43,524 nucleotides of DNA from an uncultured Gammaproteobacteria bacterium (GTDB lineage Bacteria > Patescibacteriota > Microgenomatia > UBA12405), in the NCBI GenBank assembly GCA_964558195.1, contig CAZLCB010000002.1:1-43524 (forward strand), in the 5' to 3' direction. Below the pieces are notes generated by a model. That model had not been told where the DNA came from. It ran no database searches and saw nothing but the letters and a program-made list of their open reading frames with translations. A program made the translations under genes and the position numbers. How positions within the stretch are numbered: the first letter of the stretch is position 1; each line of letters opens with the position of its first letter. This document shows positions 41,473 through 43,524 of this stretch, one piece after another.

Positions 41473-42225
41473 TTACTTAACCTCAACTTTGACACAGGGA
41501 CCCATGGTAGCACAGAGAGCCAATTTTTTGATTTTGTTGGACTTGACTACTTTGATAAGTTCTTCGATGTTAGCGGCTAATTCATCGACTGGTTGAGAAA
41601 TTTTACCGACTACCATATGAACAATAGGAGCTTTTTTCTCGGTTTTGACCATAGTTTTGGCTACTGACAAACGTTTAACGGCAGTTTCTGGATCATCGGT
41701 TAGCGTTCCGTTTTTGGGATTTGGCATTAAACCTTTTGGACCTAAAACACGAGCGAAAGGTAACAATTTTGGCATGGTAGCTGGAGTAGCGATAACGATG
41801 TCAAAATTAACTTGACCATTTTTGATTTCAGCCAAAATAGTGTCGTTGAGAATAACGATTTTTTTACTGGCGGTTTCTAAATGAGGGAAAGTGATTTCGC
41901 CGACATTACCAATATCATAAGTAGTGACGTGAGCTTCGATTTTTCCTTCAAATTTTGAAAAAGAAGTGTCTTTAACTAAAGAAATGGCTTCTTTTAAGGA
42001 ATAATATTTGTTAACATCGACTTTTTTCTTCGAGGCTTGATATTTTTTGCCACGAACTTTAGCGATTTTAACTTTGTGGATTTCAGCAGTTTCTTCAGTT
42101 TCAGTAGAAGTTTCTTCGACTACGGTCTCTTCAGTTACGGCCTTTTGTTCAAGCTCTTGGCTTTGAACTTCCACACTTTCTTGTTTAGCTTTTTTAGCTT
42201 TATTTTCTTGTGAGGTTTTGCTCAT
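41473..42225 (-). CDS. rplA: 50S ribosomal protein L1 with acidic N-terminal extension
   Basis: L1 body motifs (GKKYQ, DIVIATP, LGPKGLMPNPK.GT). About 55 extra Glu/Thr/Lys-rich residues at the N-terminus. Confidence 0.9.
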   Translation of the reverse strand: MSKTSQENKAKKAKQESVEVQSQELEQKAVTEETVVEETSTETEETAEIHKVKIAKVRGKKYQASKKKVDVNKYYSLKEAISLVKDTSFSKFEGKIEAHVTTYDIGNVGEITFPHLETASKKIVILNDTILAEIKNGQVNFDIVIATPATMPKLLPFARVLGPKGLMPNPKNGTLTDDPETAVKRLSVAKTMVKTEKKAPIVHMVVGKISQPVDELAANIEELIKVVKSNKIKKLALCATMGPCVKVEVK

Positions 42226-42227
42226 AA

Positions 42228-42265
42228 TTTAGTGCGCTAGAGTGTTAGTGCTCTGGTGCTTTAGT
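42228..42265 (+). repeat. heptamer-periodic block (TAGTGCG CTAGAGT GTTAGTG CTCTGGT GCTTTAG)
   Basis: Read directly. It fills the rplK-rplA spacer. Confidence 0.6.
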
Positions 42266-42278
42266 AAAATAATAATTA

Positions 42279-42704
42279 TTATTGGATGATTTCAACACCC
42301 ATAGATTTAGCGGTGCCAATGACTGAGCGTTTGGCAGCTTCAAGATCTTTAGTATTTAAATCCGGCATTTTAGCTTGGGCGATTTGTTCAACCTGAGCCA
42401 TAGTTAACTTGCCAACTTTTTCTTTGCCGGCAGTACCAGTACCCTTAGAAATACCAGTCATTTTTTTGATCATGTCAGAAACCGGAGGTTTTTTGAGAAT
42501 GAATTCAAAAGAACGATCTTCATAAATAGTGACGACAGCCGGAATAACTGAGCCTCGTTGATCTTTGGTTTTTTCATTAAATTCATTACAGAAATCCATG
42601 ATTTTAATACCATGAGGACCAAGAGCGGTACCAACCGGAGGAGCTGGGTTAGCAGAACCTGCCTGAATAGCGATTTTGACGATTGCTTTAATTTTTTTAG
42701 CCAT
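42279..42704 (-). CDS. rplK: 50S ribosomal protein L11
   Basis: Motifs KIAIQAGSANPAPPVGTALGPHGI and MDFCNEFN. 141 aa. Confidence 0.97.
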   Translation of the reverse strand: MAKKIKAIVKIAIQAGSANPAPPVGTALGPHGIKIMDFCNEFNEKTKDQRGSVIPAVVTIYEDRSFEFILKKPPVSDMIKKMTGISKGTGTAGKEKVGKLTMAQVEQIAQAKMPDLNTKDLEAAKRSVIGTAKSMGVEIIQ

Positions 42705-42706
42705 AA

Positions 42707-42734
42707 ATTAGTTGAAAGTATAAAGTTATAAAGT
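42707..42734 (+). repeat. AAAGT-family heptamer block
   Basis: TTAGTTGAAAGTATAAAGTTATAAAGTT fills the nusG-rplK spacer. Confidence 0.75.
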
Positions 42735-43331
42735 TTAAAGTTCCTTGGTGACTTGTAAGAAATCGAGTTCGACTGGAGTTTCGCGTTCGAAAAAGGAAAC
42801 AAGAACTCTGATTTTACCTTTTTCTTGGTCAATACTATCAATAGTACCAATGAAGTCAGCAAATGGACCACTGGTGATTTTGACAATATCACTAACAGAA
42901 AAGGGAGTTTCATATTTGGGCTTTTCTTCTTCAGTGTGGTTGAGAATTTTGTCAACTTCACTTTGAGGAATAGCTTGAGGTTTGTTTTCGACACCAATGA
43001 AACCGGTGACACCTTGGGTAGTACGAACCGTAATCCAAGAATCATCACTGAGAGACATTTGAACTAAAACATAGCCAGGAAAAGTTTTTTCTTGAGATTT
43101 AACTTTTTGACCACGTCGAATAACCATTTTGCTTTGAATAGGGACGATAGCTTGAAAAATTTGATCTTCGAGACCCATGGTTTTAATACGGGTTTTGAGA
43201 GCTTCTATAACTTTGTATTCGTGACCAGAATAGGTGTTGATGACGTACCAGGCAGCATCGAAACTGGGTTCACGAGAAGAGAGTTTAAAAAGAAACTCTT
43301 TTTGTGTAGTTTTTGTAGATGTTTTTGGCAT
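42735..43331 (-). CDS. nusG: transcription termination/antitermination protein NusG
   Basis: NGN domain (WYVINTYSGHE, FPGYVLVQM) and KOW motif (DIVKITSGPFADFIGTI). Confidence 0.95.
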   Translation of the reverse strand: MPKTSTKTTQKEFLFKLSSREPSFDAAWYVINTYSGHEYKVIEALKTRIKTMGLEDQIFQAIVPIQSKMVIRRGQKVKSQEKTFPGYVLVQMSLSDDSWITVRTTQGVTGFIGVENKPQAIPQSEVDKILNHTEEEKPKYETPFSVSDIVKITSGPFADFIGTIDSIDQEKGKIRVLVSFFERETPVELDFLQVTKEL

Positions 43332-43333
43332 AA

Positions 43334-43524
43334 TTATTTTTTGGTTCCGGCGGTAGAAGCGACTGTCGGAAGGGGATTAATTGTTGGTTCAACTGATTGA
43401 ATCTGTTCAGTTGAAACTGGAGCTTGATTTTTTAAATTACCAAGTAAGCCAATTGAATTGGTAAAAAGATAATCAAAACCACCTAAAATAAGGGAAATGA
43501 TAATCGAGATAGATATTACCACAA
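43334..43524 (-). CDS. secE: preprotein translocase subunit SecE (5' end outside the window) with extended C-terminal tail
   Basis: Position immediately upstream of nusG and a single TM helix (ISISIIISLILGGFDYLF). Truncated by the window edge. Confidence 0.6.
   Translation of the reverse strand, partial: VVISISIIISLILGGFDYLFTNSIGLLGNLKNQAPVSTEQIQSVEPTINPLPTVASTAGTKK

Overview
Low-GC bacterial chromosome segment. The gene content and style (PPDK, split ComEC, a PEGA protein next to mreB, many orphan ORFs, weak or absent SD at core genes, leaderless-looking starts) suggest a small-genome uncultivated lineage such as CPR/Patescibacteria; this is inference only. Recognisable core genes are ppdK, comEA, comEC (in two ORFs), leuS, an M16 peptidase, tRNA-Arg(CCT), tRNA-Pro(CGG), mreB, a TagA/WecG-like glycosyltransferase, murB, ruvC, ruvA, ruvB, a 2-hydroxyacid dehydrogenase, a ManC-like nucleotidyltransferase, a CMP/dCMP-type deaminase, rplL, rplJ, a MurF-like ligase, ddl, rplA, rplK, nusG and partial secE. 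Four accessory themes stand out. (1) A surface-protein locus has three paralogs sharing a C-terminal beta-rich module, plus a C-terminally anchored Ig-like partner. (2) An IS200/RAYT-like HUH gene carries a perfect 28-nt palindrome that recurs elsewhere in the window. (3) There is a dense population of small repeats: GC-rich nested hairpins and several families of 7-nt-periodic word blocks. All copies I found lie in one orientation, and several sit in frame inside essential genes (murB, leuS, tagA-like) or split comEC. (4) About nine small GC-rich orphan genes are scattered singly or in clusters. Each looks like an autonomous unit with its own promoter, leader hairpin, strong GGAGG SD and long imperfect hairpin terminator, and some share homologous leaders. 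One trio lies in the 6-kb gap that interrupts the nusG-rplKA / rplJL ribosomal cluster. No CRISPR array, rRNA or recognisable defence system was seen. All homology calls come from motif recognition by eye, not from searches.
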